DNA of 55,512 nucleotides from Actinomycetota bacterium (GTDB taxonomy: Bacteria; Actinomycetota; Acidimicrobiia; Acidimicrobiales; SZUA-35), in contig JBCCFN010000001.1 of the NCBI GenBank assembly GCA_039029715.1, positions 1 through 55,512 on the forward strand, given 5' to 3'. A program made the translations under genes and the position numbers. Positions 1-8,988 of this stretch are shown here, piece by piece. Under the pieces are notes generated by a model. That model had not been told where the DNA came from. It searched no databases and was given only the letters and a program-made list of their open reading frames with translations. Each line of letters starts with the position of its first letter. The stretch's first letter is position 1.

Positions 1-170
1 GTAGAATCATGCTATCTATTTCCTTAGCAAAGCAGTAATTGAATGCACAAAGCTGATTTTTACTGGAGAAATCTAGGCTTTGTCTATCTTTTCTAAGCTG
101 TAGGGTGTAGTGAATTGATGATGAGTGGTGGGGAAGGGGCACCTGCCCGCTAGGCTTGTCATCACCTCAA

Positions 171-244
<74 letters not shown>

Positions 245-250
245 CTACAC

Positions 251-284
251 CGAAGGCCCGGAACGGCAGAGTTCCGGGCCTTCG
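251..284 (+). terminator. stem-loop immediately downstream of the tRNA
   Basis: A perfect 14-bp inverted repeat, cgaaggcccggaac / gttccgggccttcg, with a 6-nt loop ggcaga. No clean T-run follows, which is common in high-GC genomes. Confidence 0.5.
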
Positions 285-433
285 TCGTTCACAGGACGGT
301 CGAGGACCTGTCGATCGGACGCGACCGCCGAGCTCCACGAGGCGGTCGGCCAGTCCGACCGGGCTGGCCGCAGCACGCGGAAGAAGGTCTCGGACAACGC
401 ACCGCCGGTGCCATCCGGCGCTGTGCGATAGAG

Positions 434-637
434 ATGGCCTGGCGAAACCACACCTGGAAACGTCCCCCTGCCGACTGGGCAGCGGAGCTGGGCCCCGACC
501 TGTTGGAGGTGATCCTCAAGGACTACGAGGGCGACGTCTTTCAGCGCCACCCGGATGTCGTCCCCGCCGGTATCGAGGCGCTACGAGCCGGCGAAGGCTC
601 CCTGGTTGCTCAGGCCGGTTCGGTTCGGCGCCAGTAG
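434..637 (+). CDS. hypothetical small protein (67 aa), possibly a gene fragment
   Basis: Third-codon positions are strongly G/C-biased through most of this frame when read codon by codon. I recognise no family. It overlaps the 3' end of the convergent 610..1695 gene by 28 nt. Confidence 0.25.
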   Translation: MAWRNHTWKRPPADWAAELGPDLLEVILKDYEGDVFQRHPDVVPAGIEALRAGEGSLVAQAGSVRRQ

Positions 638-1695
638 GGGATGAGCGAGACCTGGCTGGCGGCCATGCCGACCTCGTGTCGCAGGTACTTGCGGACCTGT
701 GTGAGGCAGCGGGACTCGCCGGCGCCCATGACGAAGACACCGTCATCCGCCTCGGTGATCTCGGCTCGGACCGCCGCAGCCAACGCGTAGGGTGCGTCGA
801 TGCCGGCTTCGGACCGGTAGCTCCAGGTCACCTCGACTCCCGGACGATCGGTCAGGTCGATCTCGTGACCGGGTTCCTCGACCTCGGCGACGATCCGGAC
901 GCCGACCTCCGCAGGCAGCGCCTCGACCGTTGCGGCGACGGCAGCGAACGCGGTCTCGTCGCACACCCCGACGAACGAGCGCACGGCGCCGACGTCTGTG
1001 ATGCCCTCGTGGGGCCCGAGCACGGCGAGCTCGTCGCCGGCCGCTGCCGTCGTGGCCCAACCGGACACGGTCGCGGGGTCGTCACCATGGGTCATGACCC
1101 AGAACGTCGCGGTGCCGGCCGCCGGGTCGATCTCTCGGATGCTGTAGGTCGCGGCCTTTGGACGATCCTCGTACTCCATCTCGAGATAGGCCTCGGCATC
1201 GAGACCGTCCGGAATGGGGCGCCCGGGGAGATCGATGATGAGCGCCACCGATTGGTCGGTGCCGAGGTCCGGTACGCCGTCGAGGCCGCGGACACTGATC
1301 GCCTTCAGGCGTGGGGAGAGCGTCTCGACCGCAGTGATGGTGCACGACGACAGCCGCATGTCGCTGTGGTCGTGGTCGAGCAGCTCCTCCATCTTGGTGA
1401 TGGGCTCGTGGGGGCGGGCCAGGCGCGCCACCTCGAGGAGGCCACCCATCGACGGTGGAAGATCGTGCAGACCCTCCATCGGCGTCGTGAAGTCGAGTCG
1501 GATCGTCCGTGCCGGGTCGATTGCGATCTCGGCACCGCTGGGGTCGACCCTGGTGAGGGTCGCGGCAGTGATCGAATCGTCGTCCTCGGCCCATCGGGCG
1601 AGCATGGCGATGCTGTCACCCATCTGGCCATTTGCCATGTCGAGCATCACCTCGAGCTGCTCGAGTTCCTCGGCGCTGAACGTCGTATCCGTCAT
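610..1695 (-). CDS. siderophore-interacting protein (SIP/ViuB-type FAD-binding reductase) with a ~110-aa N-terminal extension
   Basis: From ORF 610..1764. The C-terminal part (..YSIREID..FWVMTHGDD..GWA..; ..VFVMGAGESRCLTQVRKYLRHEVGM..IPYWRR) is typical of the SIP family. I moved the start to ATG 1695 (MTDTTFSAEEL) because the upstream residues are Arg/Gly-rich junk. Confidence 0.8.
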   Translation of the reverse strand: MTDTTFSAEELEQLEVMLDMANGQMGDSIAMLARWAEDDDSITAATLTRVDPSGAEIAIDPARTIRLDFTTPMEGLHDLPPSMGGLLEVARLARPHEPITKMEELLDHDHSDMRLSSCTITAVETLSPRLKAISVRGLDGVPDLGTDQSVALIIDLPGRPIPDGLDAEAYLEMEYEDRPKAATYSIREIDPAAGTATFWVMTHGDDPATVSGWATTAAAGDELAVLGPHEGITDVGAVRSFVGVCDETAFAAVAATVEALPAEVGVRIVAEVEEPGHEIDLTDRPGVEVTWSYRSEAGIDAPYALAAAVRAEITEADDGVFVMGAGESRCLTQVRKYLRHEVGMAASQVSLIPYWRRTEPA

Positions 1696-1747
1696 GTCAA
1701 GCAAACCTAATCTACGAATCGTAGAATCGGAAGGCTCGGCCTTCAGC

Positions 1748-1894
1748 TCACCGCCGGAACGCACACGGCGAACCGGTGACGGGGTCGTCGATGACGACGG
1801 TGGCGAGCCCGAAGACCCGTTCGACGTTCTCGGCGGTGATGATCTCGGTCGGCGAGCCCTCGGCGACGATACTGCCCTCTACGGACAGTAGAAT
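1748..1894 (-). pseudogene. C-terminal remnant of a FepC/FecE-type iron-siderophore ABC ATPase
   Basis: The last ~48 codons of ORF 1748..2035 read ILLSVEGSIVAEGSPTEIITAENVERVFGLATVVIDDPVTGSPCAFRR. This matches the extreme C-terminus of FepC-like ATPases. Nothing upstream in any frame supplies Walker A/B or the signature motif, and the preceding residues look non-coding. Confidence 0.7.
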
Positions 1895-1956
1895 TGCGCA
1901 AGTCCCCGGTGCCTGATTCAGGATCCCCCTGATCCTCGACACCCTCGAGGCAGCAC

Positions 1957-2679
1957 TCAACGAGCTCTGGTCCTCGCGGGCTCCGTAGTGGCGGGGCGGA
2001 CCCAGATTCCGGTGCACTCGGGGATCCGGGACCACCGGCGTCTGCGGACCAGGGCGGCGAAGTGGGGCCCGAAGAAGTCACCGGTGATCGCCGCCGCGGC
2101 CTCGACGGTCGGGAACACGTAGTCGGTGCGGATCCAGGTCCGGCCGAAGCCCATCTCCGTCTCCAGCCAGTCGTAGTATTCGGCCAGCTCGGGCGACGGG
2201 TGCGGGCGCTCATGGCCCGTGCCGAGCGTCTCGATCACGATGATCGTCCCACCGGCGGTGACCCGATCGCACTCGGCCAGGAAGCCGGCAACGATCGTCC
2301 GCCAGTCGGTCGGGCGCCACTCCCGCTGATGGCCGAAGACCCAGCCGGCCACGGCTGCGTCTGCGATCCCGGAACGGAAGGGGAGCGCAGCCGCCTCGGC
2401 TCGACAGAACCGACAGTCGGCATCTGCACCTGCACCTGCGTCTGCCAGTCTGATCGCCTCGGCCAGCATGCTCGCCGACGGCTCGGTGGCGATGGTCGGC
2501 AGGCCACCTCGTCGCAGCAGCCGAGTGACCCGCCCGGTCCCGGCTCCGATCTCGACGACACGGGGCCGGCCCTCGAGGTGGGGGGTGAGGGCCGGCCACA
2601 GCTCGTCGTCTGCATCCTCGGCTGCGACGAGGTCCTGATACCGAGGCCCGCCGTGTGCATACACCTGCTCGTAATCCAT
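1957..2679 (-). CDS. class I SAM-dependent methyltransferase
   Basis: From ORF 1957..2943. SAM motif I is present (VVEIGAGTGRVT), with a post-I acidic residue and a typical fold length. The start is set at ATG 2679 (MDYEQVY). Confidence 0.75.
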   Translation of the reverse strand: MDYEQVYAHGGPRYQDLVAAEDADDELWPALTPHLEGRPRVVEIGAGTGRVTRLLRRGGLPTIATEPSASMLAEAIRLADAGAGADADCRFCRAEAAALPFRSGIADAAVAGWVFGHQREWRPTDWRTIVAGFLAECDRVTAGGTIIVIETLGTGHERPHPSPELAEYYDWLETEMGFGRTWIRTDYVFPTVEAAAAITGDFFGPHFAALVRRRRWSRIPECTGIWVRPATTEPARTRAR

Positions 2680-2782
2680 GCCGGCTCCCCCAGGGGTGAT
2701 CGGTCGATCCTCGACCAGCGATTCTACGTCTCGGACCGGAGGCGGCTCGGGGGTCAACTCCTGGTTGGTCCAGGCCGATGAG

Positions 2783-3181
2783 ATGGCCATGAGAGCAATG
2801 ATCGTGGACGACTTCCGCACCGCCCGGGTGGTCGCAACCCGTGTTGCCAGGCAGGCCGACCTCACCGTCGAGCTCGAGGCCGAGAGCGGTGAGCAGGCCC
2901 TCTCGATCCTGGCCCAACTGGACGGACCCCCACCGGAGCTCATGCTGATCGACCGCTACATGTCTGGGATGGACGGCATCGAGCTGGTTGAGCGGATCAG
3001 GCAGGATCCGACGTTCGCCGACACTGCGCTGGTCATCGTCAGTGCCGATGCGGCGCAGGAGGCGGTCGCCGCCGCCCTCGACGCCGGCGCCGACGACTAT
3101 CTGTTCAAGCCGTTCGACGTGGCATCCCTGACCGCGACCCTGGCAAACCTGGGGCTGGTGCCGGCGAACCAGGCCCGGTGA
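2783..3181 (+). CDS. single-domain response regulator (CheY-like receiver)
   Basis: From ORF 2678..3181. Receiver motifs: IVDD acidic pocket, LMLIDRYMSGMDG (phospho-acceptor Asp), VIVSAD and YLFKPF (conserved Lys). The start is ATG 2783, with alternatives at 2789 and 2798. There is no output domain and no histidine kinase nearby. Confidence 0.8.
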   Translation: MAMRAMIVDDFRTARVVATRVARQADLTVELEAESGEQALSILAQLDGPPPELMLIDRYMSGMDGIELVERIRQDPTFADTALVIVSADAAQEAVAAALDAGADDYLFKPFDVASLTATLANLGLVPANQAR

Positions 3182-3214
3182 TGCGTCCGGCGGCGGAGAA
3201 CGGCCGGGGGGAGG

Positions 3215-3895
3215 CTACGGAGCCTCGGCCCGGAGGTAGGCCCGGCTGAGTTCGGGGGCTGCGGCCACGGCCTCGGTCGCCAGCGCTTCGGCCTCGGGTC
3301 CGTCGAGGCCGAAGCCTTCGAGCAGGAGACGGATCATGTCCGCGCGATAGTCGTCTGTCGCTCCGACGGTTGCGATCCGGGAGACGGCCCGGGAGAGCGC
3401 ACCGGCGACGAGGTCGACCGCCGCGTCTGTCGGTTCCCGGTTCAGGCGTCCGAGTTCCGCCGCCTCGTTCAGATCATGGCGGAGGTGGCGGAACGGGTCG
3501 GCCCGTCTGGTGTCGGTGGAGGTGGTCGACTGCAGGCGCAGCATCACCGTCGCCATCTGGGGGTTGGCTGCGGCGTGTTCGAGCAGCAGTGCGGTGATCG
3601 TGGCGAACCGCCTGACCGGGTCGTCGAGCGTGACCAGTTCGGCGCTGGTGTCGGTGAACGCGCTCAGTACCTCGGTGATGACCGCGTCGACGAGCATGGT
3701 GCGGTCATCGAAGTAGTTGTAGAACGTGCCGTTGGAGACGTCCGCCCGCTTTGTCACATCGAGAATGGTGAACGCCTCGCCGTTGCTGGCGATCTCCTCG
3801 ATCGCGGCGGAGATCAGTAGGCGGCGGGTCCGTTCCTTCTTCTTGAAGCCGCGGGTCCGGGTCGGCTCCGATTCAGTACCGGTCATCGACATCAT
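3215..3895 (-). CDS. TetR/AcrR family transcriptional regulator
   Basis: The N-terminal HTH reads RRLLISAAIEEIASNGEAFTILDVTKRADVSNGTFYNYFDDR. It is the last gene of the minus-strand aromatic operon. Confidence 0.9.
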   Translation of the reverse strand: MMSMTGTESEPTRTRGFKKKERTRRLLISAAIEEIASNGEAFTILDVTKRADVSNGTFYNYFDDRTMLVDAVITEVLSAFTDTSAELVTLDDPVRRFATITALLLEHAAANPQMATVMLRLQSTTSTDTRRADPFRHLRHDLNEAAELGRLNREPTDAAVDLVAGALSRAVSRIATVGATDDYRADMIRLLLEGFGLDGPEAEALATEAVAAAPELSRAYLRAEAP

Positions 3896-3912
3896 GGTAG
3901 CAATGGGTAACT

Positions 3913-3941
3913 CTCAATACTGAGGCGGATCTCATACTTGG
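3913..3941 (-). promoter_or_regulatory. two AGTAT-core boxes upstream of the TetR gene (candidate operator)
   Basis: The plus strand carries ctcaATACTgag (3913-3924) and ctcATACTtgg (3931-3941). Read in the tetR direction these are CTCAGTATTGAG and CCAAGTATGAG, with cores 17 nt apart. The same 13-mer CTCAGTATTGAGA recurs at 9849. Confidence 0.4.
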
Positions 3942-3981
3942 AGGGTTCTCCAGTCCGGCCGTCGTGGTCTTGCAGAGGGGA

Positions 3982-4950
3982 TCACCCTGCTGCGGTGTCG
4001 TCGACCACCTCGTTCCGCTGCCGGCCCAGGTCGATCGCCCCGTCCGGCGTGTCGATGGCGGCGGTGACGACATCGCCGGCGACGAGACGGCGGTCATTGC
4101 GGGCTGCCGACCTCCTGAGCAGCGCCGCTCGCCGCTTCGGTGACACCAGCTGGATCGCGGCCGCAATCGGCTTCGGCGGAGCCTGGAGGGCGCAGCCTCC
4201 CGGCGTGCCGGTAGCCAGTAGGTCGCCGGGGCCCCAGTCCTGGACGGCGGACAGCTCGGTCAGGGATGGGGCCGGCAGATGGATCATCTCCGCCGCCGTG
4301 CCGTCCTGTCGGCTGTGGCCGTTGACCCACAGCCGGAGGCGGAGCTGATCGAACCGGGTGAGGTCGTCGGCATCGACCAGGGTCAGCCACGGGCCGACCG
4401 GCCCGAACGTTCGGTAGCTCTTGCCCTTGTAGAACTGGCCTTCTGCCAGCTGCACGTCCCTGGCGCTGACATCGTTGACGATCACCAGCCCGGCGACGTG
4501 ATCGATCAGACGGCCCGGCGCGATCGACGTTGCCCCGTTCACCGTCCGCCTGAGCACCAGGCCGATCTCGACCTCGTAGTCACAGAACCGGACGTGGGGC
4601 GGGACGACGATGTCGGCATCGGCCGAGGCCAGACACGAGGACGCCTTGCGAAAGAAGATGTTGAACGGGCTCGACGCCGGATCGATGCCCGACTCGGTCA
4701 TGTGGCTCCGGTAGTTGATCGCCTGGCACAGGAACTGCTGGTTGCTGGTGATCGGGCACAGCACGGTCACCTCGTCGATCCCGATCGGCTCGGTGGTGAC
4801 GGCCTCGCCCCGGATGACCCGGTCCGCAGCCTCCTCGACGAAGGCCGCCGTCGTCTGGTGGTCGCCGACGATCGGGCGGATCGACTCGCCGTCGACCACA
4901 CCCCACCCAACCTGATCCGCCCGCCGATATCGGGCGACGTTGACCGCCAT
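3982..4950 (-). CDS. fumarylacetoacetate hydrolase (FAH) family protein
   Basis: From ORF 3982..5163. The FAH-fold core is recognisable (..CPITSNQQFLCQAINYRSH.., ..DYEVEIGLVL.., ..GLVIVNDVSARD.., ..KGKSYRTFGPVGPWL.., ..LLATGTPGG..). The start is ATG 4950, sharing one nt with the upstream stop (TGATG). Confidence 0.85.
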   Translation of the reverse strand: MAVNVARYRRADQVGWGVVDGESIRPIVGDHQTTAAFVEEAADRVIRGEAVTTEPIGIDEVTVLCPITSNQQFLCQAINYRSHMTESGIDPASSPFNIFFRKASSCLASADADIVVPPHVRFCDYEVEIGLVLRRTVNGATSIAPGRLIDHVAGLVIVNDVSARDVQLAEGQFYKGKSYRTFGPVGPWLTLVDADDLTRFDQLRLRLWVNGHSRQDGTAAEMIHLPAPSLTELSAVQDWGPGDLLATGTPGGCALQAPPKPIAAAIQLVSPKRRAALLRRSAARNDRRLVAGDVVTAAIDTPDGAIDLGRQRNEVVDDTAAG

Positions 4951-6644
4951 CAGCTCCTCCCGGCGACGGTCTGCAGCGCCGCGGCCAGGACGCCGGCAGC
5001 ATCGGCGTCCTGGGCGCGGAAGGCGACGTGTTGATCCGGGCGGACGAGCAGTGCGCCCGAGGCCTCGACGCCGCAGAGCTGGCGCCATTCCCCGGGAGCG
5101 GCCTGGTCGACGCCGACCCGGACCTGCACCACCGGGACGTCGTCGCCGACCGCCGCCTCCCACCGGGCGTGGTCACCGAACGTCACCAGCGTCGGTCGGG
5201 ATCGGTCGATCAGGTCGAGCGTCGAGCGACCGCCGACGTGATCGAGCCAGGCATGAGGGAGGCGAGCGCCCGGCCGGGCAGACGGGACATAGTTCCGAGG
5301 GCTCGAGGGTTCGTCTTCCGAATCCTCACCCCACAGCGCACCCTCCTGGTAGACGTAGCCCAGCTGTAGACCGACGAGGTCGAAGTGCTCCTCCTGGAGA
5401 GCGACGGCTTCGGCGATGGCGTTGGCCCGAGACTCGTCTGCGATGGCGCGTTCCAGTTGCGCAGTGGTCGGATCGGTATCCATGCCGAGGGCCTCGGCCA
5501 GGTGCAGCATCTTCACGGCGTTCGCCAGTGACTGGTCCGAGTTGTGTCGAGCGACCGGCAGCCGCTCCTGCTCGTAGCTGTGCAGGAGGCCGGCCTCGGC
5601 CCAGCCCGCTTCGATCGCCGCCACCCGCCACAGCAGGCCGTGGATGTCTGCGACGCCGCTGTTCAGTCCGAGCCCGCCGGTCGGAGGGAAGCGGTGGGCG
5701 GCGTCACCGGCAAGGAAGATCCGCCCTCGACCCATCGACGAGGCGGTCTGGGCGCTCATCCACCAGGTGCCACGACCGAGGATCGTCGCCTCGACCTCGG
5801 TGCCGATCGCCTTGCCGATGACCTCGAGGCACCGGGCGTCGTCGTAGTCGTCGACCGACTCGGTCGAGGGGTCGATCCCGTGCATGAACACCCAGTCCTT
5901 GGCCACGTCGTGCTGGACGAAGACGCCGTCGGCCGTCGGGTCGAGGATGAAGTGGAGCACACCGGGCCGGTCGGCGATGAGTTCCCGGAGGTCCGCGGCG
6001 AAGTTGATGGCCAAGGTGCACTGGATCAGCGGCGGCCCGAGCATCTCGATATCGAGCAGCTTGCGGACCCTGCTGCCGGCACCGTCGCAACCGATCACGT
6101 ACCTGCTCCGGACCGTGAACGAGGTGTTGCGGTCGAGGTCGGTGATGGTCGAGGTCACGCCGTCTGCATCCTCGGTCGAGGTCTCCCAGCGGTGGCCGTA
6201 TCGGAGGTCGGCCCCCGGGCGCGATCGGAGCTCGTCGGCCAGGATCGGTTCGAACCGGTGCTGGGAGAGGTTGCGCAGCGGGGTCGGGGTGACCGCCAGG
6301 TTCTCATCGCCCTGGCGTTCGAACGGCATCCGGCCGACCAGCTGGCCGCTGAGGTTCGTCAGGAAGTTCACGTGTCCGGCCTCCGCCGGGTCCTGGCAGG
6401 CGTCTGCGATCCGGGCCATGTCGAGGCCGGCCTGGCGGCAGATCTCGAAGGTTCGGGCGTTGACCACGTGGGCGGCCGGCGATCGTTGCGGCCCAGTTCG
6501 TCGTTCGACGACCAGGGCCTGCAGGCCGTGCTCGGCGGCCAGGATCCCGCCGACGAGCCCGACCGGACCGGCGCCGACGATCAGTACGTCGACGTCGATC
6601 GGTTGGGTCGGCACCCCGCTCGGTTGCATCTCCGGTTCGGTCAC
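4950..6644 (-). CDS. FAD-dependent aromatic-ring (phenol-type, PheA/TfdB family) monooxygenase
   Basis: From ORF 4950..7187. Motifs: DVLIVGAGPVGL (GxGxxG), CDGAGSRVR and IFLAGDAAHRFPPTGGLGLNSG, plus the C-terminal thioredoxin-like tail typical of this family. The start is proposed at GTG 6644 (GGAGG 6 nt upstream, GTGA overlap with the SDR stop). ATG 6629 is the alternative. Confidence 0.85.
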   Translation of the reverse strand: MTEPEMQPSGVPTQPIDVDVLIVGAGPVGLVGGILAAEHGLQALVVERRTGPQRSPAAHVVNARTFEICRQAGLDMARIADACQDPAEAGHVNFLTNLSGQLVGRMPFERQGDENLAVTPTPLRNLSQHRFEPILADELRSRPGADLRYGHRWETSTEDADGVTSTITDLDRNTSFTVRSRYVIGCDGAGSRVRKLLDIEMLGPPLIQCTLAINFAADLRELIADRPGVLHFILDPTADGVFVQHDVAKDWVFMHGIDPSTESVDDYDDARCLEVIGKAIGTEVEATILGRGTWWMSAQTASSMGRGRIFLAGDAAHRFPPTGGLGLNSGVADIHGLLWRVAAIEAGWAEAGLLHSYEQERLPVARHNSDQSLANAVKMLHLAEALGMDTDPTTAQLERAIADESRANAIAEAVALQEEHFDLVGLQLGYVYQEGALWGEDSEDEPSSPRNYVPSARPGARLPHAWLDHVGGRSTLDLIDRSRPTLVTFGDHARWEAAVGDDVPVVQVRVGVDQAAPGEWRQLCGVEASGALLVRPDQHVAFRAQDADAAGVLAAALQTVAGRS

Positions 6645-7417
6645 AGCAATCCTCCGTAGCTCCCGCCGTCGAGTTGCAGGTTCTGCCCGCTGATGTAGCC
6701 GGCCTGGGCGCTGCACAGGAAGGCGCAGGCGTCCCCGAACTCGTCGGGTTGGCCAAGCCGGTTGGCCGCGATCGATGCCCGCATCTTGTCGTAGGCCTCC
6801 TCGAGCGTGATCCCGGCCAGGGACGAGTGCAGCTCGGCCATCTGCCGTTGCCGTTCGGTATCGAATCGCTCCGGCAGCAGGCTGTTGATCGTGACGTTCG
6901 CCGACGCAACGTCTCGGGACAGCGCCTTGCTGAGCGAGGTCAGGCCGGTCCTGGCCCCGGTCGACAGCCCCATCGGTGACAGCGGTGTCTTGACCATGGC
7001 CGAGGTGATGTTGACGATTCGCCCGAACCGCCGCTCGACCATGCCGTCCAGGACGGCCTGGATCATGAAAGCCGGCGCCAGCATGTTGGCATCCAGTGCG
7101 GCGATCCAGTCGTCCCGGTCCCAGTCCTGGAACCGGCCGGGCGAGGGACCGCCGTTGTTGTTGACCAGGATGTCCGGGGCCGGGCACGAGTCCAGGAGCG
7201 CGGCCCGGGTCTGCTCGGCTGCGATGTCGCCGGGAACCGTGGTGACCTGGCCGCCGTGTCGGCGGAGCTTCACCGCCGCCTCATCCAGTGCTGCCACGTC
7301 TCGCCCGTTGATCCAGATGTCCACCCCTTCGCGGGCGAGGGCGTCGGCACAGGCGTAGCCGAGCCCCCTGCTCGAGGCGCAGACGATGGCCCGTCGACCG
7401 CTGATCCCGAGGTCCAT
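6641..7417 (-). CDS. SDR family oxidoreductase
   Basis: Rossmann N-terminus RRAIVCASSRGLGYACA, then NNNGG and a PG-like LLPERF region. Length 258 aa. Confidence 0.85.
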   Translation of the reverse strand: MDLGISGRRAIVCASSRGLGYACADALAREGVDIWINGRDVAALDEAAVKLRRHGGQVTTVPGDIAAEQTRAALLDSCPAPDILVNNNGGPSPGRFQDWDRDDWIAALDANMLAPAFMIQAVLDGMVERRFGRIVNITSAMVKTPLSPMGLSTGARTGLTSLSKALSRDVASANVTINSLLPERFDTERQRQMAELHSSLAGITLEEAYDKMRASIAANRLGQPDEFGDACAFLCSAQAGYISGQNLQLDGGSYGGLL

Positions 7418-7418
7418 G

Positions 7419-8375
7419 TCAGGCCGTCCGTTCGGTCTGGGCGGCCACGAGGACCGACCGGGTCCGTGCGGTCTCCTCGGGTGATCCGCCGACGGGCGCG
7501 GCCGAGAGCTGGGTCGCCCCGGCGTCCTCGAGGGCGCCGATCCGATCGGTCACCTCGGCCTCGGACCCGACGATGGCCAGTTCGCCAATCCCATCGACGC
7601 CTTCCCGCTCCAGCATGGCCGCGTAACTCGGTAGCTCGGCGTAGCTGGCGAGGATCAGGTCGAGGAAGTCTCGGGCCGGTCCGGGGTCGTCGGTCACCCA
7701 CACCGGCAACGAACACACGATCGCCGGGTTCGGCCGGTCGGCGTCGGCGGCCGCGGCATTGATGGTGGGGGCGATGTGGTCACGGAGCGTCTTCGGTCCG
7801 ACACACCACAGGACCGTCCCGTCGGTCCGGCGCCCGGCGATCCGGAGCATCTGCTCGCCGAGGGCCGCCAGCATGACCTTCGGTGCGGTGCCGACCTGCT
7901 GGATCTCGCCGCTGTAGCTCCAGAAGTGCCCGTCGTGATCTGCCGCACCGTCGGTGAGGAGCGGCTGCAGGATGTCGAGGAAGTCGAGCATCTGTCTCAC
8001 CGGCCGCTCCCACTCCAGCTTCCATCGGGTCCGCACCGTCGGCTCGTGGGACAGGCCGAGGCCGAGCACCAGCCGTCCACCGATGGCGGCCTGGGTGGTC
8101 AACGCTTGGGCCGCAACCGCCTGGGGGTGCACGGTCCACGTCGGGATGACGGCGGTGCCCAGTTCGGTCCCGCCGTGACCGGCCCCGCCACCGGCCCCGT
8201 CACCGGCTACATCGCCAGCTCCGTGGGCGGCGTAGACGGTGAGCGCATCGATGCTGCCGGACTGGGCGAGCCAGTAGGCGCTGAAGCCGTCGGTCTCCGC
8301 CGCCTGGATGTCGACCCGAATGGCGCTCAGGTCGCCGCTCAGGAGCGTGTTGGTTCCGTTGATCCCGATCTCCAT
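7419..8375 (-). CDS. LLM-class (luciferase-like) flavin/F420-dependent oxidoreductase
   Basis: TIM-barrel LLM features are present: ..FSAYWLAQS.., ..LGLGLSH.., ..KVMLAALGEQMLRIAGRRTDGTVLW.., and a C-terminal ..IVGSEAEVTDRIGALEDAGAT.. segment. There is a Gly/Ala-rich insertion at aa 52-69. Confidence 0.8.
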   Translation of the reverse strand: MEIGINGTNTLLSGDLSAIRVDIQAAETDGFSAYWLAQSGSIDALTVYAAHGAGDVAGDGAGGGAGHGGTELGTAVIPTWTVHPQAVAAQALTTQAAIGGRLVLGLGLSHEPTVRTRWKLEWERPVRQMLDFLDILQPLLTDGAADHDGHFWSYSGEIQQVGTAPKVMLAALGEQMLRIAGRRTDGTVLWCVGPKTLRDHIAPTINAAAADADRPNPAIVCSLPVWVTDDPGPARDFLDLILASYAELPSYAAMLEREGVDGIGELAIVGSEAEVTDRIGALEDAGATQLSAAPVGGSPEETARTRSVLVAAQTERTA

Positions 8376-8378
8376 CGG

Positions 8379-8930
8379 TCAGCTCCCGTCGGTGAGGCGA
8401 GCCTCGAAGGCGGCCCGCCACTCGCTCATCGGCGCGAACTCGGGGAGCGCCTCGATCTCGGCCTTGGTCGCGGCCGTCACCTCGTCGTCGCTGGCCGAGA
8501 GGTCGAGCCCGCCGGCGAAGGGCTGGGCCACGTGGAACGGTGAGTCGACGAAGCACTCGAGGCCGTTGCCCTCCGGGTCGTTGAAGTACAGGGCCCAGGC
8601 GTTGCCGTGGTTGATCGGGATGACCCCCTCGACGCCGGCTTCGTCCAGCCGGGCGGCGATCGCCCGGAGATCGTCGAGGGACCCGGTCCGGAAGGCGAGG
8701 TGGTCGGCCATCACGAAGTGGTGTTCGCCGGCGTTCAGCCCGGTGAGGAACACGATCTGGTGATGCTCGGCCGGATCCTGGGAGATGAACGCCATGTCCG
8801 CCTCCTCGCCGGCCGAACCACGGTTGGTGACCCGGAAGCCGAGGACGTTGCAGTAGAAGTCGAGCATGACGTCGAGGTCCTCGACGGCCATCGTCGTGTG
8901 GCTGAGTTGCAGCAGTGGGGTGATCGGCAT
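8379..8930 (-). CDS. single-domain VOC / extradiol-dioxygenase-like protein
   Basis: From ORF 8379..9161. The glyoxalase/VOC fold is recognisable (LSHTTMAVEDLDVMLDFYCNVLGFRV.., HHQIVF.., DHLAFR.., ALYFNDPEGNGLE). The start is ATG 8930 (MPITPL). Confidence 0.75.
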   Translation of the reverse strand: MPITPLLQLSHTTMAVEDLDVMLDFYCNVLGFRVTNRGSAGEEADMAFISQDPAEHHQIVFLTGLNAGEHHFVMADHLAFRTGSLDDLRAIAARLDEAGVEGVIPINHGNAWALYFNDPEGNGLECFVDSPFHVAQPFAGGLDLSASDDEVTAATKAEIEALPEFAPMSEWRAAFEARLTDGS

Positions 8931-8988
8931 CGGTGCAGGGTCTCCTTGGTGATGGTCGTGGTTGGGAGGTCGAGAGGACGACCGGTGG

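Noticed and set aside
245-550. A 101-aa minus-strand ORF (and 289..519) between the tRNA and the SIP gene.
   Set aside because: It starts inside the tRNA terminator hairpin and is antisense to the plus-frame 434..637, which has the better third-position GC bias. No family resemblance. Even the plus ORF is only listed at low confidence.
4950-7187. Long N-terminal extensions offered by the ORF track: 4950..7187, 3982..5163, 28226..29941, 31778..33712, 1957..2943, 29614..30747, 45087.., 52943.. and others.
   Set aside because: In each case the extension overlaps the upstream gene and is Arg/Gly/Pro-rich. The conserved domain begins at an internal ATG or GTG that has a Shine-Dalgarno-like sequence or forms an ATGA/GTGA overlap. 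The shorter starts were used.
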